NCBI GenBank assembly: GCA_028714495.1
Contig: JAQTMH010000004.1
Coordinates: forward strand, 232-64,231
Length of the DNA: 64,000 nucleotides
Reading direction: 5' to 3'
Source: Patescibacteria group bacterium
GTDB lineage: Bacteria > Patescibacteriota > Patescibacteriia > JAHIZJ01
A program made the position numbers and the translations under genes. Under the pieces are notes generated by a model. The model was not told where the DNA came from, did no database searches, and saw only the letters and a program-made list of their open reading frames with translations. The number at the start of each line of letters is the position of its first letter. Positions within the stretch are counted from its first letter, which is position 1. Positions 1 through 9,397 of the stretch are shown here, piece by piece.

Positions 1-21
1 TATTTCAAAGAAATTCATTTT

Positions 22-1326
22 CTACTTTTTTAAAAGTCTTCGTACGGTCTGCTCGTCATTCCAAGGAATTTTTTTACCGCCGCGAATAACCATATTTTGT
101 TCAGAACCCTTGCCGGTAATGACGACAATGTCGTTCTCGTAGGCGAGTGCCAGGGCTTTACGAATTGCCTCCTCCCGGTCGAGAATCTTGAAATAGTGTT
201 GACCTTCGATTTTATCGGGATACTTTTTGATACCGGCGATCACTTCGTCAATAATTTTTATCGGGTCGTCGTCGTAAGGATCTTCATTGGTAACGATACA
301 GTAATCAGTGTAGCGGCCGGCTAATTCGCCCAGGAGAGGACGCTTCCTTTTGTCACGGCCGCCGCCCTGGGATCCGAGCACGGCGATTATTCGGTGCGGC
401 TGATAAGATTTTAGAGACTGGTAAACTTGTTCCAGGCCAGCCGGCTCGTGGGCATAGTCGACGATTACTTCGAAAGGCTGACCCTCGTCAATGAACTGCA
501 TTCTTCCCGGAACGCCGCGCACCTGTTCCAGAGCTTGAATGATTTTATCCAGCGAAATGTTTTGGGCCAGGCCGACGCAGACAGCGGCCAGGGCATTGTA
601 AGCATTAAATCTTCCGCGCAGAGCTAATTTTACTGGTTGGCCGTTGACTAGCAGTTTGACTCCCTCGGTGTCGTCGGTTATGTTACTGCCCCGGACAATC
701 TTGAGATTGCCGGAGGGTGCAATATTTTCCTTCACCGTAAAACCGTATTTCTGCTGGGCCGGAAAAGAGAGAAAATAGTCGGCGGCCGGATCGTCGAGAT
801 TAACGATTGAAATTTTTTTGATTTTTGGCTTGACTCGAGAATTAAGAGCCTGAAAAAGTTTTCCCTTAGCCTGCCGGTACTTCTCGAACGAACCATGCGA
901 TTCGATGTGCTCGGGGGTGAGATTGGTGAAGACAGCCACGTCGTAATAAATGCCCCAGTGGCGATATTGCTTGATGCCCTCAGAAGTGGTTTCAACTATG
1001 GCATAGTCGCAGTGCTCGCTGACCATTCGGCGCAGAAGAGCCTGGAGGCTGAACCGGCCGCGCATGGTCATTTTTGTGTCATTAAGCCAGGTGCGCTCGC
1101 CAACTTTAAAATTCACCGTCGAAGTTAAGCCTACCCGGTGTCCGGCGGCTTCAAGAATTTTAGCCGCCAGATTAACCACGGTTGACTTGCCATTTGTGCC
1201 GGTAACGCCGATAACCGTCAGGCGCTTCGAGGGAAAACGGTAAATTACGGCCGCGAGGATGGCGACAAATAGATGGTAGAGAGAAAAAACTTGAACCGGC
1301 AGCAATTTTTTGAGTAGACGCTTCAT
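22..1326 (-). CDS. murE: Mur ligase family protein, MurE-like UDP-N-acetylmuramoyl-tripeptide synthetase with an N-terminal TM segment
   Basis: P-loop VIGVTGTNGKST and a DYAHEP motif typical of MurE among Mur ligases. Start moved to MKRLLKK (ATG at 1326) so it abuts the stop of the upstream ORF at 1328. Confidence 0.6.
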   Translation of the reverse strand: MKRLLKKLLPVQVFSLYHLFVAILAAVIYRFPSKRLTVIGVTGTNGKSTVVNLAAKILEAAGHRVGLTSTVNFKVGERTWLNDTKMTMRGRFSLQALLRRMVSEHCDYAIVETTSEGIKQYRHWGIYYDVAVFTNLTPEHIESHGSFEKYRQAKGKLFQALNSRVKPKIKKISIVNLDDPAADYFLSFPAQQKYGFTVKENIAPSGNLKIVRGSNITDDTEGVKLLVNGQPVKLALRGRFNAYNALAAVCVGLAQNISLDKIIQALEQVRGVPGRMQFIDEGQPFEVIVDYAHEPAGLEQVYQSLKSYQPHRIIAVLGSQGGGRDKRKRPLLGELAGRYTDYCIVTNEDPYDDDPIKIIDEVIAGIKKYPDKIEGQHYFKILDREEAIRKALALAYENDIVVITGKGSEQNMVIRGGKKIPWNDEQTVRRLLKK

Positions 1327-1327
1327 A

Positions 1328-3817
1328 TTATTTGGCGCAAAGGTTAACGCCCCCCTTGAATGATTCAGCATAGGCGAGGTAGTCGTCAATGATTTGAGAA
1401 CCTTCACGATTAAAAATTCTGACCAGGGGATTGCCAGTACTTCTGACCGCCACGGCGATCTCTTTTTTGCCGTCAGCCTGGAAATCAATGGTGGCTAGGC
1501 TGAGGCCGCCGCGGAAGTCCGGCGCAAAAGCCATAAATCCAGGGTGTTCGAGGGCCACCTTTTGGTTTGATTGGCGGCCGAAAATTCTGACTTGGGGGCC
1601 ACCCGCGCCAGCCACCCCGGTGATAATTTCATCTTGGCCATCGCCGTCCACATCGCCGCCAGTCAGAGTGACGCCGCCGCGGAAAGAATCAGCGTAAGCC
1701 ATCAAACCCAAAACCACTGGTTTAAAAACCCCGGCGCGATAGCCGAAGATCCTCACCTGCGGTCCGCCCGCGCTTAACGGCGCAGTGATAATTTCAGATA
1801 TTCCATCGCCTTCCAAATCGGCGGTCGCGATTGAAACCCCACCTCGGAAGTTTTTATCATAAGCCATGAAATTTTCCGTGGTCGGCACATAACTTCCATT
1901 TCGATAACCAAAGATTCTGACGTTTGGACCGCCAGAGCCCATTGGCACAGTAATAATTTCAGCCACCTTATCGCCATCGAGATCTCCGACAGCGAGATTG
2001 ACCCCGCCACGGAAATTTGAAGCGTACGCGAAAAAGTCTTTTTCGAACTTCCCCTCCAGCGAAAATACTCTGATCTGCGGTCCGCCGCTCGGCCACGGAG
2101 CCGTGACGATTTCGGTTTGACTGTCACCGTCTACATCGCCCAGAGCGACGTTAATTCCGCCTTTGAAAGTGGTTTGGTAGGCGAAAAAGTTAGCCGAATT
2201 TAGGCCAGCCGCGGAAAATACTCTGACTTGTGGCCCGCCACCTTGGCCTGCGCCGGTGACTAGACGCCGAGTATCAACAATATAGCTGGCGTTTTTTGGA
2301 CTCTCGGCATTTCCGGCCGCGTCAACAGAATAGTATTGGAGAGTGTTAGTGCCTTCAGGCGGCTGGATTGGTTCATGGTACGGAATATATTCACCGTTGT
2401 CCCAGTGGTAGTAGGTTGCCGTGATTGTTGATCGGTCGTCGCTGGCGCTCAAAGCTATGTTTGGAGCCCGCAAAAAGTAATTTGGTGAACGGTCAGGGGT
2501 TCGGTCAAGAGAGACGCTGGTAGTCGGCGGGGTGACGTCACCCAACAAAAGATCGAGAGCAGCCCAAATATCCAAAAGACCATAGCCATAAATTGTGTCA
2601 TAGCCGGTTTCACCCAGGTCTTTAGCGGTTGATCCTAAAAGCGTCCTGACGTTTTCGACTGAGGCGCCGTGAGCCAAGAGAAGGGAGGCCGCCGCGCTGA
2701 CGTGGGCGGTGGCTGAAGATGTACCCTCGACCCAGATATTGGAAAAAAGACTATAATCCATGACGCCGCCAGCCATACCGGTAAAAGATTGCTGGACAAT
2801 TCCGTCCGGCGAGCCATCATTATTTTGATCTTCTGAGATGTCTCCGCCCGGCGCCACCAAGCTTAAGCCCGTGCCATAGTTGGAATAATCAGCCTTGGTT
2901 TCATCATAGCGGATCGCCCCCACGGAGATAACCGATTCGTGGCTGGCCGGAAATTGCAGGGTCCCGCTACCGGCATTTCCAGCGGCAGCCACTAGAACGA
3001 TTTTTTGCTCTGTGGCTTCGGCCAGGATTTGGGCGTAGGCGTCGTCACCTGTTTCGGTTGAGCCAAAACTCATGTTAATAATCTTCGCGCCGTGATCCAT
3101 GGCATAACGAATTCCTTGAATAATTGTTTCGCTGGTGCCTTGACCCGTGCTATCCAGGACTTTAACAGGCATCAGAGTGGTTTCAAAAGCCAGGCCAGCC
3201 GTGTTCAAAGCGTTATTGGTGGACTCGGCGATAGTGCCAGCCATATGGGTGCCGTGGCCATTGTCGTCATTCGGATGCTCGTCATTATTTACAAAATCAT
3301 AGCCAGGCGTGAGATGCGTATCAGCCAGATCGGGCGCCTGGACAAAAGGGCCATAAGTTTCATAGGCGATGCCCGTGTCAAGCATGGCCACGATTATGCC
3401 GGGGTCGCCGCCGTAAAGCGGAGCGGCTTGGTCCAGCTCCCAGGCTTCAGAGGCATTAATTATTTGGAAATTCCATTGGCGCGGATAGAGAGGATCATCG
3501 GGAGTGAATGAAGAGGCTCGGTAGATGAAATTTGGCTGGATACTTTTGACCAGCGGGTTGGCTGACAAACGCGCGATAGCCTGATCGACTGATTCGTTTT
3601 TTTTAAGCTGAGATAAATAAAAAGAATCAGCCACGGCTCTGATCTTTTGAACACTAAGCTTATGAGCAATGGAGCTAGGCTGGGCAGCAGACATTTGGTC
3701 ATTCAATTGAATAAGCACCTCACCTTTGACATAGGCTGGCGGAGCGGCTGAGACTGATTGAGACAGTAAAAAAAGAAGAAAGATACCAGCCAGTGGGACA
3801 GATAATATGATTTTCAT
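1328..3817 (-). CDS. Secreted subtilisin-like S8 serine peptidase with about six C-terminal FG-GAP/VCBS-type repeats
   Basis: Signal peptide MKIILSVPLAGIFLLFLLSQSVSA. Catalytic D (MLDTGI), H (HGTHMAG) and S (GTSSATAHVS) motifs. Repeated GGPQVRVF...FRGGV...GDVDGD units at the C-terminus. Confidence 0.8.
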   Translation of the reverse strand: MKIILSVPLAGIFLLFLLSQSVSAAPPAYVKGEVLIQLNDQMSAAQPSSIAHKLSVQKIRAVADSFYLSQLKKNESVDQAIARLSANPLVKSIQPNFIYRASSFTPDDPLYPRQWNFQIINASEAWELDQAAPLYGGDPGIIVAMLDTGIAYETYGPFVQAPDLADTHLTPGYDFVNNDEHPNDDNGHGTHMAGTIAESTNNALNTAGLAFETTLMPVKVLDSTGQGTSETIIQGIRYAMDHGAKIINMSFGSTETGDDAYAQILAEATEQKIVLVAAAGNAGSGTLQFPASHESVISVGAIRYDETKADYSNYGTGLSLVAPGGDISEDQNNDGSPDGIVQQSFTGMAGGVMDYSLFSNIWVEGTSSATAHVSAAASLLLAHGASVENVRTLLGSTAKDLGETGYDTIYGYGLLDIWAALDLLLGDVTPPTTSVSLDRTPDRSPNYFLRAPNIALSASDDRSTITATYYHWDNGEYIPYHEPIQPPEGTNTLQYYSVDAAGNAESPKNASYIVDTRRLVTGAGQGGGPQVRVFSAAGLNSANFFAYQTTFKGGINVALGDVDGDSQTEIVTAPWPSGGPQIRVFSLEGKFEKDFFAYASNFRGGVNLAVGDLDGDKVAEIITVPMGSGGPNVRIFGYRNGSYVPTTENFMAYDKNFRGGVSIATADLEGDGISEIITAPLSAGGPQVRIFGYRAGVFKPVVLGLMAYADSFRGGVTLTGGDVDGDGQDEIITGVAGAGGPQVRIFGRQSNQKVALEHPGFMAFAPDFRGGLSLATIDFQADGKKEIAVAVRSTGNPLVRIFNREGSQIIDDYLAYAESFKGGVNLCAK

Positions 3818-3933
3818 GCCTATATCTTACCACCCAGTTTGAAAAAGATAAAATATAGTTGACAGAGGACTGGGTAGCTGATAAATTTGACCTAGCCAGG
3901 TCAAAAAACGGGCCTTTCAAATAGGAGGGAGCT

Positions 3934-4167
3934 ATGATCCTAAAGTTCGGTCGGGAAGTGACACTTTTTCGAGTGACTGATGCCAGAAAAGGCAAAGTGG
4001 AACCGGCAATCCAGTCAGCCGGGCAACACAAGTTCGTTGAAGTCCCGAATCCAACCATCCAAACGGGTCAGCCCTGGCTGGTCCTGGAGTCGGACCAGGC
4101 AGTCGGCATGGCCAAGTCAGCCTTGCTGATGAAGGAGGGCGTCAGCGAGGTGAAGGCAGCTGTTTGA
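3934..4167 (+). CDS. Hypothetical small protein (77 aa), GC-rich
   Basis: Strong RBS (ataGGAGGgagct ATG). Followed by a hairpin plus T-run terminator at 4200-4236. Confidence 0.45.
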   Translation: MILKFGREVTLFRVTDARKGKVEPAIQSAGQHKFVEVPNPTIQTGQPWLVLESDQAVGMAKSALLMKEGVSEVKAAV

Positions 4168-4199
4168 GGAGCCTAGCCGGCCAGGTCTGGTCAATTAAC

Positions 4200-4236
4200 C
4201 GTTCACCCCAGCCACATGGTGGATATCATGTGGCTT
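4200..4236 (+). terminator. Intrinsic terminator (agccacatg-N8-catgtggct followed by a T-rich run)
   Basis: 9-bp perfect stem followed by tatttatttgatttatt. Confidence 0.5.
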
Positions 4237-4262
4237 ATTTATTTGATTTATTCTTGTTGGGC

Positions 4263-4340
4263 AATGTCTTTGAGAATAATTACTAAAGGACTATCTTCTA
4301 CTCATCACTTTTATTGGTTCTATGGCAAAGAAAAAGCCCA
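4263..4340 (-). repeat. Copy 1 of an ~80-bp repeat family (minus orientation), fused to a terminator T-run
   Basis: TTTTTCTTTGCCATAGAACCAATAAAAGTGATGAGTAGAAGATAGTCCTTTAGTAATTA. About 85 % identical to copies at 7408-7490 and 40103-40190. Confidence 0.7.
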
Positions 4341-4366
4341 TAAGAACAAAGGATGTTCCTATGGGC
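4326..4366 (-). terminator. Intrinsic terminator of the LVIVD-repeat gene
   Basis: Hairpin gcccata(g/a)g...cctatgggc followed on the minus strand by TTTTTCTTTG. Confidence 0.5.
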
Positions 4367-4391
4367 TGACGAAGTTACAGAGCTTGGGGTT

Positions 4392-6572
4392 TTACCGGAC
4401 CCTCGCGAACCGGTGGGTTGTGGTTCCCTCGACTGTTGAAACCCGAACCAGATAGATTCCTGCTGGAACCGCGTGGCCATTGTCATCGCGTCCGTCCCAG
4501 GACAGATTGTGAACGCCCGCGCCGAGGATTCCGTCGGACAACTTGTAGACCCGGCGACCCGCAGGATCGTAAACGGTTGTTTGGACCAGGCCGCCGCCGC
4601 GAGTCTCAAAGTGGATCATGGTCTGATTTGAACTTGGATTCGGCAGCGCCCACAGGATCACAGTGGACCCAGTCTCGCCATTTTGCTTCACGGCCGATGA
4701 TGGCTCGCACTGCGCTGGCAGAAGCTGGAGACAGGATTCGAGTTCATCCGCGACATAGGCGTAACTGCCCGAAACGGCCACGCTCTGGGAATAGTTGGGC
4801 GTGTCCACGCTGCCGATGATCTCGGGGTTCTCTGGGTTCGTGATGTCGATTACCTGGAGACCAGACTCGAAATCCGCGACATAGGCTAGGGTACCAGACG
4901 ACACGACCACACCAACAGCTTTGCCTGGCGTGTCCACGCTGCCGATGATCTCGGGGCTCTCTGGATCCCGGAGGTCAATCACGTGCAAACCGGAATACTC
5001 ATCCGCGACATAGGCGTAACTGCCCGAAACGGCCACGCTTTGGGCATAACTCGGTGTGTCCACGCTGCCGATGATCTCGGGGTTCTCTGGGTTCGTGATG
5101 TCGATCACCTGGAGACCAGACGACCCGTCCGCGACATAGGCGTAACTGCCCGAAACGGCCACGCTTTGGGCATAACTCGGTGTGTCCACGCTGCCGATGA
5201 TCTCGGGGTTCTCTGGATTCGTGATGTCAATCACCTGGAGACCAGACTCGAAATCCGCGACATAGGCTAGGGTGCCAGACACGGCCACGTCCGTAGCTTC
5301 GCCCGGCGTGTTCACATTACCGATGATCTCGAGGCCCTTGGGATCCTGGATGTCGATCACCTGCAAACCGGAAGATTCGTCTGTGACATAGGCCAGGGTA
5401 CCGGACATGTCCACGCCCGTAGCCCAGCCCGGCGTGTCCACACTTCCTATGATTTGAAGGCTCCCCGGATCCTGGATGTCGATCACCTGCAGACCAGAAG
5501 ATCCATCCGCGACGTAGGCCAGGGTGCCAGAGATAGCCACGTCCTGGGCCCAGCCCGGCGTGTTCACACTAGCCACGATCTCAGGACCATGGGGATTTGT
5601 GATGTCAATCACCTGGAGACCGAAATCGTAATCCGCGATATAGGCATGTGTGCTTGAGACGACCACACCAGCGGCTTCGCCCGGCATTTCCATGCTAGCC
5701 ACGACCTTAGGACTTTCTGGTTTCGTGATGTCAATCACCTGGAGACCAGACTCGCGGTACGCGACATAGGCCAGAGTACCAGACACGTCTACATCGTTGG
5801 CGATGTCTGGCGTGTCCAGACTACCCACAATCTCGGGGTTCTCTGGATCCTGGATGTCAATCACCTGGAGACCAGAAGATCCGTCCGCGACATAAGCGTA
5901 ACTGCCAGACACGGCCACGCTCAAAGCCCAACCCGGCGTGTCCACGCTACCAATGATCTCCGGGTTCTCCTGATTCGTGATGTCGATTACCTGGAGACCG
6001 GATTCACAGTCCGCGACATAGGCCAGGGCGTCAGAGATAGCTACACCACAGGCATTGCCCGGCGTGTCCACGCTACCCACGATCTGGAGGTTCTCTGGAT
6101 CCTGGATGTCAATCACCTGGAGACCAGAAGATCCGTCCGCGACATAAGCGTAACTGCCAGACACGGCCACGCTCTGGGCATAGCTGGGTGTGTCCGCATT
6201 GCCGATGATCTCGGGGTTCTCTGGATCCTGGATGTCAATCACCTGGAGACCAGAAGATCCGTCCGCGACGTAGGCAAGGGCGCCAGAGATAGCCACATCA
6301 GAGGCATAGCCAGGCGTGTCCGCATTGCCGATGATCTCGGGGTTCTCCGGATTCGTGATGTCGATCACCTGGAGGCCGAATTCATAATCGGTGACATAGG
6401 CCAGGGTGCCAGACACGGCCACACCATGGGCAGAGCCCGGCGTGTCCACGCTGCCGACCCAATGGAGATAGTCTCCATAGTCAATGCAGTCAGCTCCAGC
6501 CGATCCGAAGATGCCCATGACCGCGACCAGAAGAGCCACGATCCCGAAAATCCTAGATGCCTGCATTGTCAT
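4392..6572 (-). CDS. LVIVD-repeat beta-propeller surface protein with a C-terminal FlgD-Ig/T9SS-CTD-like domain (GC about 60 %)
   Basis: Signal peptide. About 14 tandem ~42-aa units (GxAxGVAVSGxYAYVADxxSGLQVIDIxDPENPEIIGSVDTP). C-terminus ...VYDPAGRRVYKL...HNLSWDGRDDNGHAVPAGIYLVRV. Some DNA repeats are identical. Confidence 0.8.
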   Translation of the reverse strand: MTMQASRIFGIVALLVAVMGIFGSAGADCIDYGDYLHWVGSVDTPGSAHGVAVSGTLAYVTDYEFGLQVIDITNPENPEIIGNADTPGYASDVAISGALAYVADGSSGLQVIDIQDPENPEIIGNADTPSYAQSVAVSGSYAYVADGSSGLQVIDIQDPENLQIVGSVDTPGNACGVAISDALAYVADCESGLQVIDITNQENPEIIGSVDTPGWALSVAVSGSYAYVADGSSGLQVIDIQDPENPEIVGSLDTPDIANDVDVSGTLAYVAYRESGLQVIDITKPESPKVVASMEMPGEAAGVVVSSTHAYIADYDFGLQVIDITNPHGPEIVASVNTPGWAQDVAISGTLAYVADGSSGLQVIDIQDPGSLQIIGSVDTPGWATGVDMSGTLAYVTDESSGLQVIDIQDPKGLEIIGNVNTPGEATDVAVSGTLAYVADFESGLQVIDITNPENPEIIGSVDTPSYAQSVAVSGSYAYVADGSSGLQVIDITNPENPEIIGSVDTPSYAQSVAVSGSYAYVADEYSGLHVIDLRDPESPEIIGSVDTPGKAVGVVVSSGTLAYVADFESGLQVIDITNPENPEIIGSVDTPNYSQSVAVSGSYAYVADELESCLQLLPAQCEPSSAVKQNGETGSTVILWALPNPSSNQTMIHFETRGGGLVQTTVYDPAGRRVYKLSDGILGAGVHNLSWDGRDDNGHAVPAGIYLVRVSTVEGTTTHRFARVR

Positions 6573-7145
6573 ACCCTCCCTTTCTGTGAGATTGTCTTTT
6601 CAAAAGACAGTGATTGCCCTTGGTTAACTGTTGTATTATCAAGGTGCGAAAACCTTACAAACCGGTTGTCCATAGGTATTTCACTATAGGCAGCCGGTAA
6701 TAGGGTCGACCCAACAAAAACGACTCGAGAATGTGAGTCGACGGCAGTTTTTGGTGTCGAAGAACCTCCTTTAACAGACCGCGGTTCATTGCCTCACGGA
6801 TACTTCAATAATTTTGTGTCGTTTTTTATTTTTAGTCCCCCCAGCTTAGCTAAAACAGGCCGTTTTGTCAAGGCCCCCGCCTATTGCTTGCCAATAGATT
6901 TTTTGGCTAGAATCTAGTAATTTTTACCAAAGCTCGTTATTACTGAATCGCGATTTATATCAAGTGTCGCTGTTTTATTTCGCGCTTGGTTCAGATTGAG
7001 ACCTTCGGCGGCCTGCCCCCACACATTTAACTAACAGTGACTAGACTTTTTATACAAAAAGTGTATTATAAAATAGCTGGACATCAAGACTCCGAGCCAA
7101 TACAGAAACTTAGTCCAGCAGGCACATTCCACAGGAGGTGTTCTA

Positions 7146-7249
7146 TGGCCAAGCAGAAGTGGCGTGTGGACGAAACGAAGCAGGTCGCGAAGAAGAAGGC
7201 GCGCAAGGAGCAGATCGCCAAGAAGGTCGGCGAGGGCAGCACCTGGTAG
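7146..7249 (+). CDS. Lys-rich micro-protein (34 aa), hypothetical
   Basis: Strong RBS cacAGGAGGtgttct ATG. Long upstream leader. Terminator immediately downstream. The long track ORF 7037-7249 has no RBS at its start. Confidence 0.4.
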
Positions 7250-7385
7250 CTCACCGACGCGGAGCTGGCTAGGCTAGGTGAGTGTTAAGCCCGATCCAAC
7301 TGGAAGTGACGGCGAGACACGCGTTCTCCCTCCTAGACCGATGCCTCTGCTGAAAAGCAGAACCAGACCACCAAAGTGAGAGCAC

Positions 7386-7416
7386 GGGCAGTCAACCATT
7401 GACTGCCCATTTTTTC
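7386..7416 (+). terminator. Intrinsic terminator (gggcagtcaa-ccat-tgactgccc + TTTTTTC)
   Basis: 10-bp perfect stem followed by a T-run. Confidence 0.65.
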
Positions 7417-7490
7417 TTTGCCATAGAACCAATAAAAGTGAAGAGTAGTAAATAATCCTTCAGTAATTACATTATCGAAGCCAAGGGCAA
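7408..7490 (+). repeat. Copy 2 of the ~80-bp repeat family, inverted relative to copy 1
   Basis: TTTTTTCTTTGCCATAGAACCAATAAAAGTGAAGAGTAGTAAATAATCCTTCAGTAATTACATTATCGAAGCCAAGGGCAAAG. Followed by a long-range stem gacccgcc/ggcgggtc and a second CGAAGCCCAGGGCAAA motif. Confidence 0.7.
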
Positions 7491-7894
7491 AGACCCGCCG
7501 CAGGCCCCACAGAACTACCCAGTTCGAGAAAGAAACGTTAGAAACATTAAGTAGGGAATAAGCTGATAACCAGTAACCGGAGGCGGGTCTTAATGTATCC
7601 ACTAAGTAGATGTTTTAATGAATCAAGAAACTCCAGTATATTTGTACCCCATCGAAGCCCAGGGCAAATAAAAAGGAACCCAGCAAGCTAGAGGGGGTGC
7701 GGGATAGCCCTCTGGGCAAGCATGCCTGAAGGAGTTTCCCATCATAGAGTTTTTTGGTGGGTTCTTGTCGGCCAAGAACCCGCTCTTCTGACCAATCCCC
7801 GATTAGCGAGCTGGGTTCGCACTTGTGAAAGACCGATATCTGAAGTAAAGAACCAAGTATGATATTATACTAGCTGTTTTAATTGTCAACGGGT

Positions 7895-8722
7895 TCAACG
7901 CAGATATTTATCCACAAGGGTCTGGGTAGCCGCTTCATCCGGCACCCAATAGTAGAGATTTTTATTGAAATCGGGCGTATAAATAGATTCGCCATGGCCG
8001 GGAATCACCTCGCGGTAGGTATTGGCCAAGTCTAATTTCCCGCCGCGCCGGATTAATGCGGCCAGCCCGAAAGTAAAAGCGGGAAGTTTTTGATAGCGCA
8101 GCCTGGTTTGGTCGTGGGTTTGGAAAAAGGAATAGACCTTTTTTGCCTCGGCCACGGTATTGATTTTCTTGCCCAGTTCAAGGAAGATTTCCCGCTGGTC
8201 CTGGGTGCGAGCAAAATCGCCGCCCTCCCGATATCGGTTACGTACCACTTTTAGGGCTTCGGTACCGTTCAAATGGCCAGCTTCAGTATCAACCCCGCCG
8301 AATTCATCCACCAGGTCCTTAAAACTTTCAAAAGTGAATTCGACAGTGGCATGGATTTTTATATCAAGGAAATCTTCGACGGTCTCTTTAGTGAGTGTTA
8401 CATTTCCCAGAGCAGAATCTTTTTCCCGATCACCCAGGGCATAGGCATGGGTGATTTTTTGGCTGCCAAAGCCCGGGACATTGACCCGGGTATCGCGCGG
8501 AATTGTTATCAGGCTGATTGGCTGATTGGGGCTTTTGGGTATGGAAAAAACCATCAGAACATCTGAACGAGCTTGTTCAGTTCCGCGCTGATCAGAGCCG
8601 ATGATTAAAATGTTAAAGCGGCTCGGGGCTGTGAGATAGAGTAAAACAAGCAGCCCCCCGATTATAATTATCAATAAGAGGAGGACGAGAATAATAATTT
8701 TTACTGGTTTGGATATAGCCAC
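7895..8722 (-). CDS. LytR-CpsA-Psr (LCP) family cell-envelope phosphotransferase
   Basis: N-terminal TM segment, then NILIIGSDQRG...RSDVLMVFSI, the LCP signature. Confidence 0.75.
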   Translation of the reverse strand: MAISKPVKIIILVLLLLIIIIGGLLVLLYLTAPSRFNILIIGSDQRGTEQARSDVLMVFSIPKSPNQPISLITIPRDTRVNVPGFGSQKITHAYALGDREKDSALGNVTLTKETVEDFLDIKIHATVEFTFESFKDLVDEFGGVDTEAGHLNGTEALKVVRNRYREGGDFARTQDQREIFLELGKKINTVAEAKKVYSFFQTHDQTRLRYQKLPAFTFGLAALIRRGGKLDLANTYREVIPGHGESIYTPDFNKNLYYWVPDEAATQTLVDKYLR

Positions 8723-8723
8723 G

Positions 8724-9134
8724 CTAGCCGCCGGTTATTGTTACGGTAATTTGCCGGCCAGAACGCGGCCCGTCAAATTCAGCCAGGAAAATTCTTTGCC
8801 AACGTCCAAGAACTAATTGCCCATTTTCAATCGGGCAGGTAATTTCCGGCCCGATTAAGCCGGAAAGGAGGTGGGCTGGGGCATTGTCATCAATCTGATT
8901 ATGTTCGAAGTTGTCCAGTTTTTCCAATCTTTGAAACAGCTTGAGAAAATCGTTTATCAATCCAGACTCGTTTTCATTGCAGATGATTCCGGCAGTGGCG
9001 TGAGCCACAAAAACATGACACAAGCCCCCTTCGATTTCAGATTCGATTACCGCGTCCTCAATTTTTTTGGTAATATCAATCAGCTCCAAGCGTTTCTGGG
9101 AGAAAACAGAAATAGTTTGGCGGTGGAAAGACAT
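8724..9134 (-). CDS. yjbQ: YjbQ/UPF0047 family protein (secondary thiamine-phosphate synthase-like)
   Basis: Collinear with E. coli YjbQ (HATAGI..NEN...D...L, GxWQ.I.L.E.DG.R). Start chosen at MSFHRQ to avoid overlap with xseB. Confidence 0.65.
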   Translation of the reverse strand: MSFHRQTISVFSQKRLELIDITKKIEDAVIESEIEGGLCHVFVAHATAGIICNENESGLINDFLKLFQRLEKLDNFEHNQIDDNAPAHLLSGLIGPEITCPIENGQLVLGRWQRIFLAEFDGPRSGRQITVTITGG

Positions 9135-9138
9135 AATT

Positions 9139-9396
9139 TTATACTTCTTCGTCCTCACCTGGCTCTTCGCCGGGTTTAGTCTCGAAGTCTTTTGAAAATC
9201 TCTTTTTGATAATTTCCACCCGGTTTTCGACCTCGGTCAGCTTCTGCTTCAGGTCCTGGGCGAGTTCGAGGCCACGCTTGAATTGCTCCAGACTTTCGTC
9301 GAGATTAGTTGTGCCGGCTTCAAGTTTGGCCACGATTGTCTCGAGCTCCTGAAATTGTTTTTCGAAACTTTCTTTGGTCGCAGGTTTTTTGGGCAT
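9139..9396 (-). CDS. xseB: Exodeoxyribonuclease VII small subunit
   Basis: MPKKP...SFEKQFQELETIVAKLEAG...LDESLEQFKRGLELAQ. Immediately downstream of xseA. Confidence 0.8.
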   Translation of the reverse strand: MPKKPATKESFEKQFQELETIVAKLEAGTTNLDESLEQFKRGLELAQDLKQKLTEVENRVEIIKKRFSKDFETKPGEEPGEDEEV

Positions 9397-9397
9397 A

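Noticed and set aside
4392-6572. A genuine type IX secretion substrate implying a Bacteroidota origin or a chimeric contig
   Set aside because: The C-terminal domain fits the FlgD-Ig/por-tail fold, which is widespread outside Bacteroidota. The 60 % GC does not fit typical Bacteroidota. The flanking inverted repeats tie it into this locus. Chimerism is not excluded but is not needed.
7470-7700. c-di-GMP-I (GEMM) riboswitch suggested by the CAGGGCAAA box
   Set aside because: Only a short box resembles the Vc2 aptamer. The rest of the GEMM consensus helices are not recognisable, and the element follows terminators rather than preceding genes.
7400-7890. RNase P RNA in the structured 480-nt non-coding stretch (AAGAACCCGC resembles the P4 3' strand)
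   Set aside because: No GGAAAGUCCGGGC-type P4 5' strand or other conserved RNase P regions are present.
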